Source: a virus (taxonomy: Duplodnaviria; Caudoviricetes). From it: a stretch of DNA of 64,000 bases. Made by a program: the position numbers and the translations under genes. Positions 26,520 through 37,110 of this stretch are shown here, one piece after another. The notes below the pieces were generated by a model. The model saw only the letters and a list, made by a program, of their open reading frames with translations, searched no databases and was not told where the DNA came from. Positions within the stretch are counted from its first letter, which is position 1; every line of letters begins with the position of its first letter. Location of the stretch: IMG/VR virus record IMGVR_UViG_3300026116_000035, one strand, 5' to 3'.

Positions 26520-29402
26520 ATGGTTTGCACAGTTAATAAACCCTATTATATTCCACAAAATCAGTCTGGAATAAGGTTAGTAAATTCTTTAGGTGATGCC
26601 AATAATATAGAAATATACTGGTATTCTGCTTATGTTGATAATTTAAATTTTAATTTAGCTTATAATATTTATTTTTCTACCGAAGAAGAAAATGTCTTTT
26701 TAGAAGGACCGAAATTTTTATCAACTAATTTAAATGGATTATATACAAAAATTTCTGGATTTACTCCTGGAGATACTTATTATTTTGCCGTAAGAGCTAC
26801 TGAATATCAATCAATTTGGTATAATCCTAATTTTTTGCCTGATGCTGAAGATGGATATATGCTCAAAGTATATCCCGAAACATTATTAGCAGCAAATATT
26901 TCAAATTCTAGCACAATAATACCAATTACTGATATTGATTTATTTCCACCTATGGGCGTTATTCAAGTAGGTTATGAATATATTAGATATGATTCTAAAG
27001 ATATTCCTAATTCCACTCTTTTAGTTGCAGAAAGAGGATTTTTAAATACTAATATTAGATCTCATACTATTGACGGATATGACGGTTACGATCAATTAAG
27101 TCCAATAGTTAGATTTTTTCAAGGTTGTGAAGAAGTAAATACATTAATAAATGAAGAAGCGTCGAATTTTAATTATAATAACTTCGCTTATACTTTAGCG
27201 GATGGATATAAAGAAGAAACAAAAGACTTATTAACTACTGATTTAAGTTTTACGGAAGCTCAACAAATAGATTTTCCTGTTTATCCGCAAGAAGGATGGA
27301 GAAGAACTGATTTAGATGCATTTTTTAAAGGACAATGTTTAGATACTTATTTTGGTGGAGAATCTGGATGTGCTGACGGATATAATGTAGGTAATCAAAT
27401 TCGAAATGTATCAATTTCAGATATTAATGATCAACGTCAAGAATTTATATTGAATTTTACTGGCGAACCTGTAGTTTTGGTTAAAAGATTATGGAAAGGT
27501 ATTCGTTGTAGTTGCTATGAACCAAATAAAGAAAGTGCAGAAAGTAGGTGTCCGAACTGTTTTGTACCAGGAACATTGGTAAATACTGAATTGGGATGGA
27601 GACCTATTGAAGATATAAAAATAGGAGAAAGAGTATTATCTTCTGATGGTTATTATCATAAAGTATTAAGAACCTTTAAAAATGATTATAACGGAGAATT
27701 ACTTTCAATTCAATCTTCAGTTTCCTCACAACCAATTTTAACAACTCCTGAACATCCATTTTTGGTAATGCGTGGAAAACACCAAAGTTTAATTTCTAAA
27801 CCATGTGATTCTTCATGTGATACATATATTAATAATGGAGATGGTGATGGAAATCAAAGGCCTCATAATGTACAAATTTTACCATCAGGAAATTGGTGGG
27901 CTAGAGTTCATACTGTTGAAGGTAAACGTATAACATTAGGTTCACATAAAACAAAAGAAGATGCTGTTAATGCAATAATAAATTATAAAAAAGAAAATTA
28001 TAAATTAGGTCATAATTTAGATTGGGATGAAGCTGAAAATATCAATAAATATGATTGGTTAGTTTCTAAATGGAACAGTGAAATTAAAGATGTTGATATA
28101 ATAAATATACCTCAAGAATTTTTAAAAAACACAAAATTAGGATTGCAAAGAAATGGTGTTGATAAATTTGAATTAAACGAAGAATTTTTATGGATTATTG
28201 GTATTTATATTGCTGAAGGTAGTTGTTCCAAGAGATCATTGAATTTTGCTTTACATAAAGAAGAAACAGTATTTCAAAATAGAATCATAACATTTTTTCA
28301 AAAATTAGGCTATAATGCTAAATTAATTACTTCATCAGAAAATGGCGTTTGTGTTGTGGTAAATAGTACAACATTAGCTTTATGGTTTCCAAAATGGTTA
28401 GGGCATTTATGTTACAATAAACGAATACCTCAAGAATTAATGCAATTACCGGTTGAAAAAACCTGGGCTTTAATTAAAGGAATTTATGATGGTGACGGAT
28501 CTAAATCAGATCATGAAATTGGGCAAACTTCAAGAATATTAGCGCTACAATTAACTGAATTATTACATAGAGTTGGAGAGCAACCATTAATAAGACGCCA
28601 ACGTTCAAAAGTTCTTACACCAAAAGGTAATGTTAGAAAATTATGTTACATTGTATCATGGGCAGAAGATACATTGAAAAATTCTAATAGAAAATGTAGG
28701 TGGAATTTTAAAGGTGAAATTTTAGCAAGAGTAAATGAGGTTGAAAAAATTCAATATAATGGTCCTGTTTATAATTTAGAAATTGAAGATGATCATTCAT
28801 ATATTGTTGAAGGTATCATTGTACATAATTGTCATGGGACATCTTTTATTACCGGCTTTGAGCAATTTTATAATCCACGAAGATCTGATGGTAGAATTAT
28901 GGTGCGTTTTGGACCTTATACAGACGATGTAAAGCAAGAAGATTCAGGGTTAGAATCAATTGCAATTCATGACTGTAGAGCTTTAACTACCCCTGTTATT
29001 AAAGATAGAGATTTTATTATTCGTTTTAATGAAGATGGAACTGAAGAATATAGATATGAAGTTTTAGATGTTACTAGAAATAAAATATTTTATGGCGTTT
29101 CTGGTGTGCAAAATTTTAAAGCTCAAAGAATTAGAAAAACTGATCCTATTTATTCTTGGAGAGCGATTAGATCCACTGCCACAATGCCAAACAAAGTTAA
29201 TACTTCAGTTGGATTATTATTAGGACCTAATAATACATTTATTCCTCATACGCACCAAATTGTATTAAATGAAAATATTACAGCTTTATCACAAGTAAAT
29301 CAAACTACATCAATGTCAAATGGGCATAATCATCCTATAATTAATGGTGTTATTCAGTCTTCTCCGATTGATGGACATACACATCAGATTATTAATTTTT
29401 AA
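26520..29402 (+). CDS. Intein-containing virion structural protein (FN3-like N-terminus; probable neck/head-closure protein)
   Basis: FN3-like IYWY..AYNIY..TPGDTYYFAVRA; a Zn-finger CSC..CPN|CHG split by an intein; His-rich C-terminal HTH/HNH repeats. Confidence 0.65.
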   Translation: MVCTVNKPYYIPQNQSGIRLVNSLGDANNIEIYWYSAYVDNLNFNLAYNIYFSTEEENVFLEGPKFLSTNLNGLYTKISGFTPGDTYYFAVRATEYQSIWYNPNFLPDAEDGYMLKVYPETLLAANISNSSTIIPITDIDLFPPMGVIQVGYEYIRYDSKDIPNSTLLVAERGFLNTNIRSHTIDGYDGYDQLSPIVRFFQGCEEVNTLINEEASNFNYNNFAYTLADGYKEETKDLLTTDLSFTEAQQIDFPVYPQEGWRRTDLDAFFKGQCLDTYFGGESGCADGYNVGNQIRNVSISDINDQRQEFILNFTGEPVVLVKRLWKGIRCSCYEPNKESAESRCPNCFVPGTLVNTELGWRPIEDIKIGERVLSSDGYYHKVLRTFKNDYNGELLSIQSSVSSQPILTTPEHPFLVMRGKHQSLISKPCDSSCDTYINNGDGDGNQRPHNVQILPSGNWWARVHTVEGKRITLGSHKTKEDAVNAIINYKKENYKLGHNLDWDEAENINKYDWLVSKWNSEIKDVDIINIPQEFLKNTKLGLQRNGVDKFELNEEFLWIIGIYIAEGSCSKRSLNFALHKEETVFQNRIITFFQKLGYNAKLITSSENGVCVVVNSTTLALWFPKWLGHLCYNKRIPQELMQLPVEKTWALIKGIYDGDGSKSDHEIGQTSRILALQLTELLHRVGEQPLIRRQRSKVLTPKGNVRKLCYIVSWAEDTLKNSNRKCRWNFKGEILARVNEVEKIQYNGPVYNLEIEDDHSYIVEGIIVHNCHGTSFITGFEQFYNPRRSDGRIMVRFGPYTDDVKQEDSGLESIAIHDCRALTTPVIKDRDFIIRFNEDGTEEYRYEVLDVTRNKIFYGVSGVQNFKAQRIRKTDPIYSWRAIRSTATMPNKVNTSVGLLLGPNNTFIPHTHQIVLNENITALSQVNQTTSMSNGHNHPIINGVIQSSPIDGHTHQIINF
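27558..28829 (+). mobile_element. Intein (424 aa) with LAGLIDADG endonuclease and an AP2-like insert
   Basis: Block A CFVPGTLV, block B TPEHPF, LAGLIDADG motifs IIGIYIAEGS and LIKGIYDGDGS, block F VYNLEIEDDHSY, C-terminal HN followed by the +1 Cys. Confidence 0.93.
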
Positions 29403-29468
29403 CAATTAAATTGATAATATCGCTGCATAATACAGTATTTTAATAGATTTTAAAAAAGGACTACGGAT

Positions 29469-29855
29469 ATGGATATTCAAAGTATATTTTCAATACAGAC
29501 GGTATTTTTAGCTTTAGCAGTAGGCGTATTAACTCAAATGGTTAAAAATATAGTAGAAGCTAAATGGCCGAATTTACCCGCTAATAAAAATTGGGGCAAA
29601 GTATTTATTCCCAGTATATCACTTGGAATTGGCATGGCATTATCTGCAGGTACAAGTGTCATTCCAGGATTCTTAGCTAATGCAGTTTTACAGGATAAAA
29701 TTATATACGGTATTATATCTGGATTTTTCTCTTCTTATGTATTTAGAGCTGCAAATGCTTTTTTGAAAAAAGAAGTTCCGGATGAATCAATTAATCCTCC
29801 TGCAATTCCAGCTCCACCAAAAGTACCTTCTTTCCCTACTGATAAAGATAAATAA
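29469..29855 (+). CDS. Putative holin / small membrane protein
   Basis: 128 aa with about three hydrophobic segments and a Pro-rich charged C-terminal tail. Confidence 0.55.
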   Translation: MDIQSIFSIQTVFLALAVGVLTQMVKNIVEAKWPNLPANKNWGKVFIPSISLGIGMALSAGTSVIPGFLANAVLQDKIIYGIISGFFSSYVFRAANAFLKKEVPDESINPPAIPAPPKVPSFPTDKDK

Positions 29856-29906
29856 AACGTTATATAATATAAATATGTTAACTAGAATTAATACAAGGTG
29901 TGATAA

Positions 29907-32900
29907 ATGAGTAATTTTCCTACAGTTTTAGATGATGATAATTCCATTTATCGTATTGATGATAATTTATCTGAATTAGGTGTTTTTACTATAAATCAAC
30001 TAAGATCAGCTGTTTTTGCAATTGAAGGTTATCTAGGATTAACTGGTCCTGGATCTTTATCTTCAATGTCAAGCCGTTTAGATGTATCATTAAATCCTGA
30101 CGGAACAATTAAAGCATCTGCTCTTACAAGTGTTGGTTTAGCTACTTTACCAATTGTTAATTCTCAAGTTGGAACAAATGCTGGTATTTTAGAATCTAAA
30201 CTTCATTTAGATTATGGAACATCGGATTTACATACCTTAATTCAAGCAAATTCTACATTGTTAAATTCTTTATCTGTATTTGAAGCAGCTTTAGAAGTTA
30301 AAGTTAATAGTCATATAGCTGGTGGTCCGGCTTCTAATTTAAGACATGTAGCTAGTCATATTGATATCAATGCTCATCCTACTGATTCACGAGATGGATC
30401 TTTTACTTGGGGTGGATTAATTGATAAAGATGGCTATCAATTAACCGCTACTAATGTTGCTGGCGCCTTAGATCAAATTAATACAACTTTAACTGGACAT
30501 CAAAATCAAGTACTTGACGCTCATCCTGCTTCAGCTATTTCTGTAGATACTTCTAATTTTTCAGAATTATTAGCTACTTCGGAAAATGTTCAACAAGTAC
30601 TTGAAAACATTGATGATATTGAATTATTACAATTAGGCACTCATAGAGCTACTCAACATTCAAATGGAATTCCAAAAGCCGCAAGATCGTTAAATTTGAG
30701 TTCAGCTACTACATTGGGTTCGGATGGATATAATTTAGAGGTTGTTAGTTCTACACCTTGTCAAACTTTCGTTGCCCATAATCCTCCTGGTATTGCCCCT
30801 ATAGATAATGTTTCTGTAGGAGATAGTATTATTACATTTAAGCCAGCAACAAATGTAGGGTCTGTATTTGATGCTAAATTTTCTCAAGTTAAAGTTGGCG
30901 ATATTATTAGAATAAATTATGGATCAATTGAAGATATTCGCAGGGTAGAATCAATTAGATTTACTCCAGGTTCAGAATGGGTTATTAGAATAAATGGAGT
31001 TAATTTAATTGATACTGATGGTTATACAGCTTTAGCTCGTATTGATCGTCCATTATATGATTCTAATACTAGCGGTGTATTGGCTGTAGCTGCCGCAAAC
31101 CCTGTTCCTTTGGCTAGTTTTGCGATATTAGGAAGTGTAATTATAGGCGATCCGAGAGGGGCTACTGCTCTCGGTATGAATTTTGATGTTAATAAATTTA
31201 CTTCTAAAAATTATAATTTATATTTAGAATTATATCCTACAGGAAATCCTGCTGACCATGTTATTAAATTACCTGCTGTAGATGTAACTGGTAATGCTGG
31301 AGCTACTCCTGGATTATATACTTTGGATGATATTGTTACTGCTACTAATAATGCATTTAGAGCTACAGGTTATAATTTTAGATTTATTGCTTATTCTGTA
31401 AATGGTAATTTTGGAATTATGTTAGCAGATTCTATTGATGGAGCTTCTTTTGCTATTATTAATGGGTCTAATGCTACAGGTTCATTAACTAATGGAACTT
31501 ATGTACATAATGTTATTGGCGATGCAGATGGACTTCATATTGATCCATTAGGTTTTGGATTTGAAAATGCAAATTTAGCCAGCCCTACGTATCAAGCTAG
31601 TTGGCTAGATGCTACTGCTGCTCAAATTCCTACTAAAATAATACATCCAGTTAAATCACGAAATTATATAGTTAACGGCCGTCCATTTGATAATTTTAAA
31701 CAAAAAGATTTAACTACAAATGGTTTCTGGGTTGCTGATATTGATTCAAAAAACATTACTGGTATATCTGTAGAAGTTACTTATAAAGTTAATACGGTTT
31801 TAGATACTGCAGGATTAAAACCTGGTAAAACTATTATTGTTCAGCCAGCTGTTGGATATTCGGATCCACTTTATAAAGATGTTGATTATGGTAGATTTAT
31901 TATTAAATCAGTTGTATTTAATAATTGTCACTGTGTAAATGATTACACATTAATTACAGTTATAAATGGCGTGCATGGTACTAGTAATCCATTAAGTATA
32001 ACTTCTAATACTGGTTTACCTGTAAGATTATATTTTGGTGAAGATTCAGTTGGTTTTGATGATCAAAATATAATTGATCAATCGGATACTTCTATAAATT
32101 ATCATAGATTTCATGAAATTTATATCTCAGATCAAAAAACTACATTTTCTCATGAACGTGCAAGAATGGCATATACTACCGAAACGTCTAATTTATTAGA
32201 TACTAGTAATTGGCATATTCTTTCAGTTTCGCCTAAGTTTAGAGGATATAAAGATACATCTGGATCATTATTAAATAAATACATTAGATTATTAATCACT
32301 AATTATAATAGTCAAAGTGGTGAATTTGATGGATATTTAGGAGAAAGAGATAATGTTACAAACCATATATTTAATACTGGTAGATTGATTCGTGGTAAAA
32401 AGAACGTTCCAGTTAAATTTTATGATGATACAGATTTAGATTATATTGAATTTGTTTTTAAAGATGAAAGTACAAGCTTACCTACTACTGTTATTCCAAC
32501 CAATAAATGGCTGGATATTGAAATTTTTCCATCATTATTATTAGATCAAGAGCTTTTACCTTTAGCTAGTTGTGAAGTCAATTGGACTCCATTAGCTGGT
32601 AGAAATATAATTTCATACGTTAAAAATTTAAAGCAATATGGAAGTATTTCCGAGTTAGAATTTACACAATCAGCAGTTAATTTTATAACTTCTGGTGATA
32701 GATTCCTTCATGGAAATGGTATTTTATCAGGATTTGATGCCGATATAGCTTTAGGTTCAAATAAAGTTTTAGTACATGGTGGTACTGCTTTAGTAAATGG
32801 TAAAATTGTAACTTCTAATAGTTCATTTATTAACATTCCACTTACTCTAACATCACAAGAATATGGTGATGGTGGTGGTAATATGGATTGGATTGTTTGT

Positions 32901-35276
32901 ATTGATGAGTATGGTGGTATAAAATATTATCCATTAGTTGAAAGTAAACGTGAATTATTAGTTATCGATCCAGATGCAGGCGTTAGTTATATAATTACAT
33001 CTTATACATTTCCGGAATTAATAAGTAATAAATCTGTAACTCCATTATATATAGTTAATGTTACTGTTACTGTCGTTGTGGGTAACAGTACTATTGTTTA
33101 TAATTCATGTTCTGATGCGAGAAAATTTGTAAAAAATGAAACTAATTTAATTCCTCTTACTTGGGTAGGCAAAGAAATAAATGATTCAGATGTTTCTTCT
33201 ACTACAGAATTAAATGGACATTTTAACACTATCAATCAAATAATAACATGGATTAATTGGACTAAATCTCCGTCAAATTTAATTAAATTAAAGGGCAATA
33301 TTATATTAAATAGTTCTTTAGATTTACGCTTTTTGCTTTATCCAACAGTTTTTGATGGTGAAAATGGAGCGAGTATTACTGTTAAAACAAATAGAGGTAT
33401 ATTACCTTCATTATTTGGAAATATAACTTTTAAAAATATATCTTTTAATTGGATATTAGACAGTTTAACTTATGCAGCTGGAGATAATGTTAATTTAGAT
33501 ACATCAGGCTCTCCATCTTTAACTTCTTCTAATGGTCTTATCTATGTATTTAATGATTCTGATGATCTTAAAAACATAACTATTGATAATTGTGTATTTA
33601 CTGGAACTTTTCCACAATCACAAAGGCCACCATACATTGCATTTATCGCTAATACATTTAATGCAAGATTTAATAATATTAAAATCACAAATAATCAATT
33701 CAATGATCCATTTGGTTTAAATAACCAATGCGCTATAGCTATTGTAAGCTTAGGGACTAGTAACATTAGTAGTAACTTAACTGATTCGGGTTTATCAAAT
33801 TCTGTAATTGATAACAATATTGCTAATAATAACCAAAGCATCATTGTTAGCACTTTAGCTAATAATACTCTTAATAGAACTGCATTTTTTTGTTCTAATG
33901 TAAATATTAGTCGAAATAGAGTTGGTGCTATCGGTTATTTAATAAGTTCATATTTCGAAAGTAGTTTAGTATCTGTTTATAAATTTGATTCTAGCGGATT
34001 AAATATATTTAATAATACAACAACATATATTGGTACTTTAGATAGCACTGGTAAAATTTTAGATGACCATTTTTATTCTATTAATAATGTTGGTTCCGGT
34101 GATGTTATTATTAAAGATAATTTTACATCACTTATTTTCTGTAATTTTTATCCATGTTATAACACCGGAAATACAGAATATGGTGAATCATTATTGATTT
34201 CTGGTAATAAATTAAGATTTCCAACTAATTTTAGTTCATTAATTACAGCTTATGGTTATCCAGATTCTAGCACTGCAATTTCTGTAGTTGGCTGGGTAAA
34301 TAGACCTGGTGGTTCAACTACATTACAAACTGATGCAAGAATAGTTCAAATATTAGATAATAATATTATTTATACTGTCAATTCAGTTTCTAATACTGTT
34401 TTATCTTATGATCGAGGCATTAATGTAGAATCAACTGGCGCAATTATAAGAGGAAATGTAATTAGAAACTTCCACTTATATGGAATTAATTTTGATAATA
34501 ATATTGACCGTAATAAACCTGTAAAAGTTGATATTGTAGGAAATCAACTTTATAATATAATTACTACGGCTACTCATTATATTGGCATGAGTGATAATGG
34601 TGGAAATAGTACTTACTTTACCTGTGTAAATAACTTTTTTGATACAACAAGTACTAACGGTTTACCAGAATATATGATTGGAAGAGGCAATATAAATCCA
34701 ACGAATTTTATTATTAAAGATAATACCAATCAAACAGATTCATTTGCTATTAGAGCTATTGATTTTGGTAAAATTGTTTATGATGGCGGTGGTGTTAATT
34801 ACGAACCTCTGTTTAATCCAAGTCCATTTATTGGCCCTGATTCTATTGCTTATTATCCTACTGGTAGTTTATCTAGTCCTGGTAATTTTTCACAACTAAC
34901 TGTTAAGATGAATTTAAATTCATCAGGATTTACTTGGTTCCTTCCCATTTCATCTATTAAACAAAACGTTAAATTTAAATCCGCCAAAATATATTATACA
35001 CAAATAGAAAATGCCAGTGTTACTAACCAATTGTTTTTAAGATTAAGAGATGCTAGATATTTTAGCGGATTAATACCTACAGGTGGACCAGATATTACTA
35101 TTTCGATAGTTAGTACAAATATCACAGGTAATGCCAGTGGCTTTATTGAATTAAGTTTATCAACTCTGTATCAAATGACGGATAGTTTAAGTTTAGAAGT
35201 TATATTTGAGCCAGGAGGGGGAGTGGGAGATAGAACTCTCTACTTAGAACCATTATTGTATACTTTTATTTATTGA
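29907..35276 (+). CDS. Large virion protein with C-terminal parallel beta-helix (tail spike / depolymerase-like)
   Basis: Repeated (I/V).I.NN / I.GN turns (NITIDNCVF, NIKITNNQF, IIRGNVIRN, VDIVGNQL) typical of the pectin-lyase-like fold; phage-structural N-terminus (H.ASHI, HPASAI). Confidence 0.6.
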   Translation: MSNFPTVLDDDNSIYRIDDNLSELGVFTINQLRSAVFAIEGYLGLTGPGSLSSMSSRLDVSLNPDGTIKASALTSVGLATLPIVNSQVGTNAGILESKLHLDYGTSDLHTLIQANSTLLNSLSVFEAALEVKVNSHIAGGPASNLRHVASHIDINAHPTDSRDGSFTWGGLIDKDGYQLTATNVAGALDQINTTLTGHQNQVLDAHPASAISVDTSNFSELLATSENVQQVLENIDDIELLQLGTHRATQHSNGIPKAARSLNLSSATTLGSDGYNLEVVSSTPCQTFVAHNPPGIAPIDNVSVGDSIITFKPATNVGSVFDAKFSQVKVGDIIRINYGSIEDIRRVESIRFTPGSEWVIRINGVNLIDTDGYTALARIDRPLYDSNTSGVLAVAAANPVPLASFAILGSVIIGDPRGATALGMNFDVNKFTSKNYNLYLELYPTGNPADHVIKLPAVDVTGNAGATPGLYTLDDIVTATNNAFRATGYNFRFIAYSVNGNFGIMLADSIDGASFAIINGSNATGSLTNGTYVHNVIGDADGLHIDPLGFGFENANLASPTYQASWLDATAAQIPTKIIHPVKSRNYIVNGRPFDNFKQKDLTTNGFWVADIDSKNITGISVEVTYKVNTVLDTAGLKPGKTIIVQPAVGYSDPLYKDVDYGRFIIKSVVFNNCHCVNDYTLITVINGVHGTSNPLSITSNTGLPVRLYFGEDSVGFDDQNIIDQSDTSINYHRFHEIYISDQKTTFSHERARMAYTTETSNLLDTSNWHILSVSPKFRGYKDTSGSLLNKYIRLLITNYNSQSGEFDGYLGERDNVTNHIFNTGRLIRGKKNVPVKFYDDTDLDYIEFVFKDESTSLPTTVIPTNKWLDIEIFPSLLLDQELLPLASCEVNWTPLAGRNIISYVKNLKQYGSISELEFTQSAVNFITSGDRFLHGNGILSGFDADIALGSNKVLVHGGTALVNGKIVTSNSSFINIPLTLTSQEYGDGGGNMDWIVCIDEYGGIKYYPLVESKRELLVIDPDAGVSYIITSYTFPELISNKSVTPLYIVNVTVTVVVGNSTIVYNSCSDARKFVKNETNLIPLTWVGKEINDSDVSSTTELNGHFNTINQIITWINWTKSPSNLIKLKGNIILNSSLDLRFLLYPTVFDGENGASITVKTNRGILPSLFGNITFKNISFNWILDSLTYAAGDNVNLDTSGSPSLTSSNGLIYVFNDSDDLKNITIDNCVFTGTFPQSQRPPYIAFIANTFNARFNNIKITNNQFNDPFGLNNQCAIAIVSLGTSNISSNLTDSGLSNSVIDNNIANNNQSIIVSTLANNTLNRTAFFCSNVNISRNRVGAIGYLISSYFESSLVSVYKFDSSGLNIFNNTTTYIGTLDSTGKILDDHFYSINNVGSGDVIIKDNFTSLIFCNFYPCYNTGNTEYGESLLISGNKLRFPTNFSSLITAYGYPDSSTAISVVGWVNRPGGSTTLQTDARIVQILDNNIIYTVNSVSNTVLSYDRGINVESTGAIIRGNVIRNFHLYGINFDNNIDRNKPVKVDIVGNQLYNIITTATHYIGMSDNGGNSTYFTCVNNFFDTTSTNGLPEYMIGRGNINPTNFIIKDNTNQTDSFAIRAIDFGKIVYDGGGVNYEPLFNPSPFIGPDSIAYYPTGSLSSPGNFSQLTVKMNLNSSGFTWFLPISSIKQNVKFKSAKIYYTQIENASVTNQLFLRLRDARYFSGLIPTGGPDITISIVSTNITGNASGFIELSLSTLYQMTDSLSLEVIFEPGGGVGDRTLYLEPLLYTFIY

Positions 35277-36100
35277 GAATCGCAACAAAAAACTATTCCA
35301 TTTTGAAACTTTCCAGGAACTAAAATACAGGAAGGGTCAGGTGGATTAGTTTCATAATCTGCTGGAGGATTAAAACATGCATATACTTGATATAAATTAT
35401 ATGGATAAGCTAAAGGGCAAGTTTTTCCAGGTAAATAATTACATCCGCCAGTACAAATATTAGCATCAATTGGTGGTAATAATTGTAAAATCGGCTGCTC
35501 TGGCATTTGTGTGTTTATTGTATAATGATGAAAACTATAATCATACGCGCCTCCACCTTCATAACAAACTTGATATGGATCTTTACAACTTCCACAATTA
35601 ATTGTTCCACCACAATTATCTGACATCATACCGCATTCTACTACATTTACATTTTTATGATTATAATTTTCACTAATATTCTTTTGTACTGTATTTGGAT
35701 ATATTTGATTATATGAATTATGAGAAGCTAAAGTTTTTGCATAATCTTCACAAGTTAAAGGTTTACAAGCAGCACCACCAGTTCCTGCATTTCCTCCGTG
35801 TGACATGCTTCCTCCAATATTTACCATTCCAGAAGACCCACCTATATTACTCACTCCAGCTGTACTCCCTCCAGTTTCTAAATCAGAACCACCTATATTA
35901 TTCATTCCAGCTGTACTCCCTCCAGTTTCTAAATCAGAACCACCAGTAGATAAACCAGCAGTTCCAGCATTACTAAATCCAGCTTCAGAATTAGCAAATC
36001 CGGCTTCACCTATATTATTTACTGATTCAGCTGAAAATTTATCTCCACAACCACTTAAAATCATCATAATTCCAATAAATTTAAAAAGTTTCATTTTCAT
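35270..36100 (-). CDS. Gly-rich, Cys-rich lipoprotein (myxobacterial-style), antisense moron
   Basis: Lipobox LSGC, GGSTAG-type linker, C.P.TC...CG..SDNCGG.I.CG.C module, AAGGAG RBS. Confidence 0.8.
   Translation of the reverse strand: MKMKLFKFIGIMMILSGCGDKFSAESVNNIGEAGFANSEAGFSNAGTAGLSTGGSDLETGGSTAGMNNIGGSDLETGGSTAGVSNIGGSSGMVNIGGSMSHGGNAGTGGAACKPLTCEDYAKTLASHNSYNQIYPNTVQKNISENYNHKNVNVVECGMMSDNCGGTINCGSCKDPYQVCYEGGGAYDYSFHHYTINTQMPEQPILQLLPPIDANICTGGCNYLPGKTCPLAYPYNLYQVYACFNPPADYETNPPDPSCILVPGKFQNGIVFCCDSQ
35838..35944. repeat. 51-bp tandem repeat (17 aa, GGSDLETGGSTAG.xNI) within the lipoprotein linker
   Basis: Near-identical copies start at 35838 and 35889, with a third ccacc at 35940. 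Confidence 0.9.
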
Positions 36101-36115
36101 TTTCTCCTTGAACTT

Positions 36116-36144
36116 AAATTAAACACTCAAAAATCTATTGTCAA
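36116..36144 (-). promoter_or_regulatory. Sigma70-type promoter for the antisense lipoprotein gene
   Basis: The minus strand reads TTGACA-N17-TAATTT, then AAGGAG and the ATG. Confidence 0.6.
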
Positions 36145-36200
36145 GAGCATAGATAATTTAATATATTTCCTAGAAACTATAGATATTTATGCATTAATAT

Positions 36201-37007
36201 ATGGCTACTGGTGGTATTAATTTTGGCTCAACTACTGATTTATATAAAATATATTCAATAGTTCAAAATAATTTTATTAGATATACTAAAGATATTATTC
36301 TATCCACTCTTAAGGAATTTTTTGCTAAAGATTCCATGTATCATTATGTTTATGATGAATACGGTTTTGCTAAAGTTAATGATCATACTGACCAAAATAT
36401 TAATGCTGGCCTTCATGATGATTTAACTACTAGAATTTATATAGGTGAATTAAATAGATTCAATGTAATTCACTATCCATCCGTTCTAGTTGGATTTACT
36501 GGCGCAAGATCCGTACCAATTTCATTAAATCGCGATCAAGGAAGAGTTGATTATGTCACAACTACTTTCATTGATGGATACGGAAATGAAAAAACCGCCC
36601 AAACTCCCTACGCCTATATCCTGTCTGGCGCTTGGGAAGGATCTATCTCAATTGATGTTTACTCTAAAGGCGTTCGAGAAAAAGACGATCTTATCGAATT
36701 AATTTCCATATTATTCGTAGATTTAGCTTGGAATAGCCTTTATCGAGCCGGTGTTGCCATAAAACCTAATGTCCAAATAGGGTCCTTAGGTTTTAGTGAT
36801 GATAGAAATGATCGGCTTTATAAACAATCTATTACGCTTGAATTTAGAACAGAATGGCGTAGAGAAATATTAGTTAAAAATATCCTCGAAGTTATAAATT
36901 TTTGCGCAGATTTTGGTGAACTTTTAACCGACCCAGCTCAATTAGCTCCAAATTTGTCTATTAAAGAATCAATTAATTTATTAGATAACATAAATATTTT
37001 AGCTTAA
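36201..37007 (+). CDS. Putative tail completion / terminator protein
   Basis: 268 aa directly upstream of the sheath gene; YP.V.V...G and W.G...IDVY...R.KD.L.ELI pattern of tail-terminator folds. Confidence 0.55.
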   Translation: MATGGINFGSTTDLYKIYSIVQNNFIRYTKDIILSTLKEFFAKDSMYHYVYDEYGFAKVNDHTDQNINAGLHDDLTTRIYIGELNRFNVIHYPSVLVGFTGARSVPISLNRDQGRVDYVTTTFIDGYGNEKTAQTPYAYILSGAWEGSISIDVYSKGVREKDDLIELISILFVDLAWNSLYRAGVAIKPNVQIGSLGFSDDRNDRLYKQSITLEFRTEWRREILVKNILEVINFCADFGELLTDPAQLAPNLSIKESINLLDNINILA

Positions 37008-37110
37008 CTAACAAAATTATTAAAATAAGGGGATAATAACATATTATTTTGAGGTAATAATATCACATAAGATCAAGTTGTTATCAAATAATTTTTTTGA
37101 GGATTAATAA

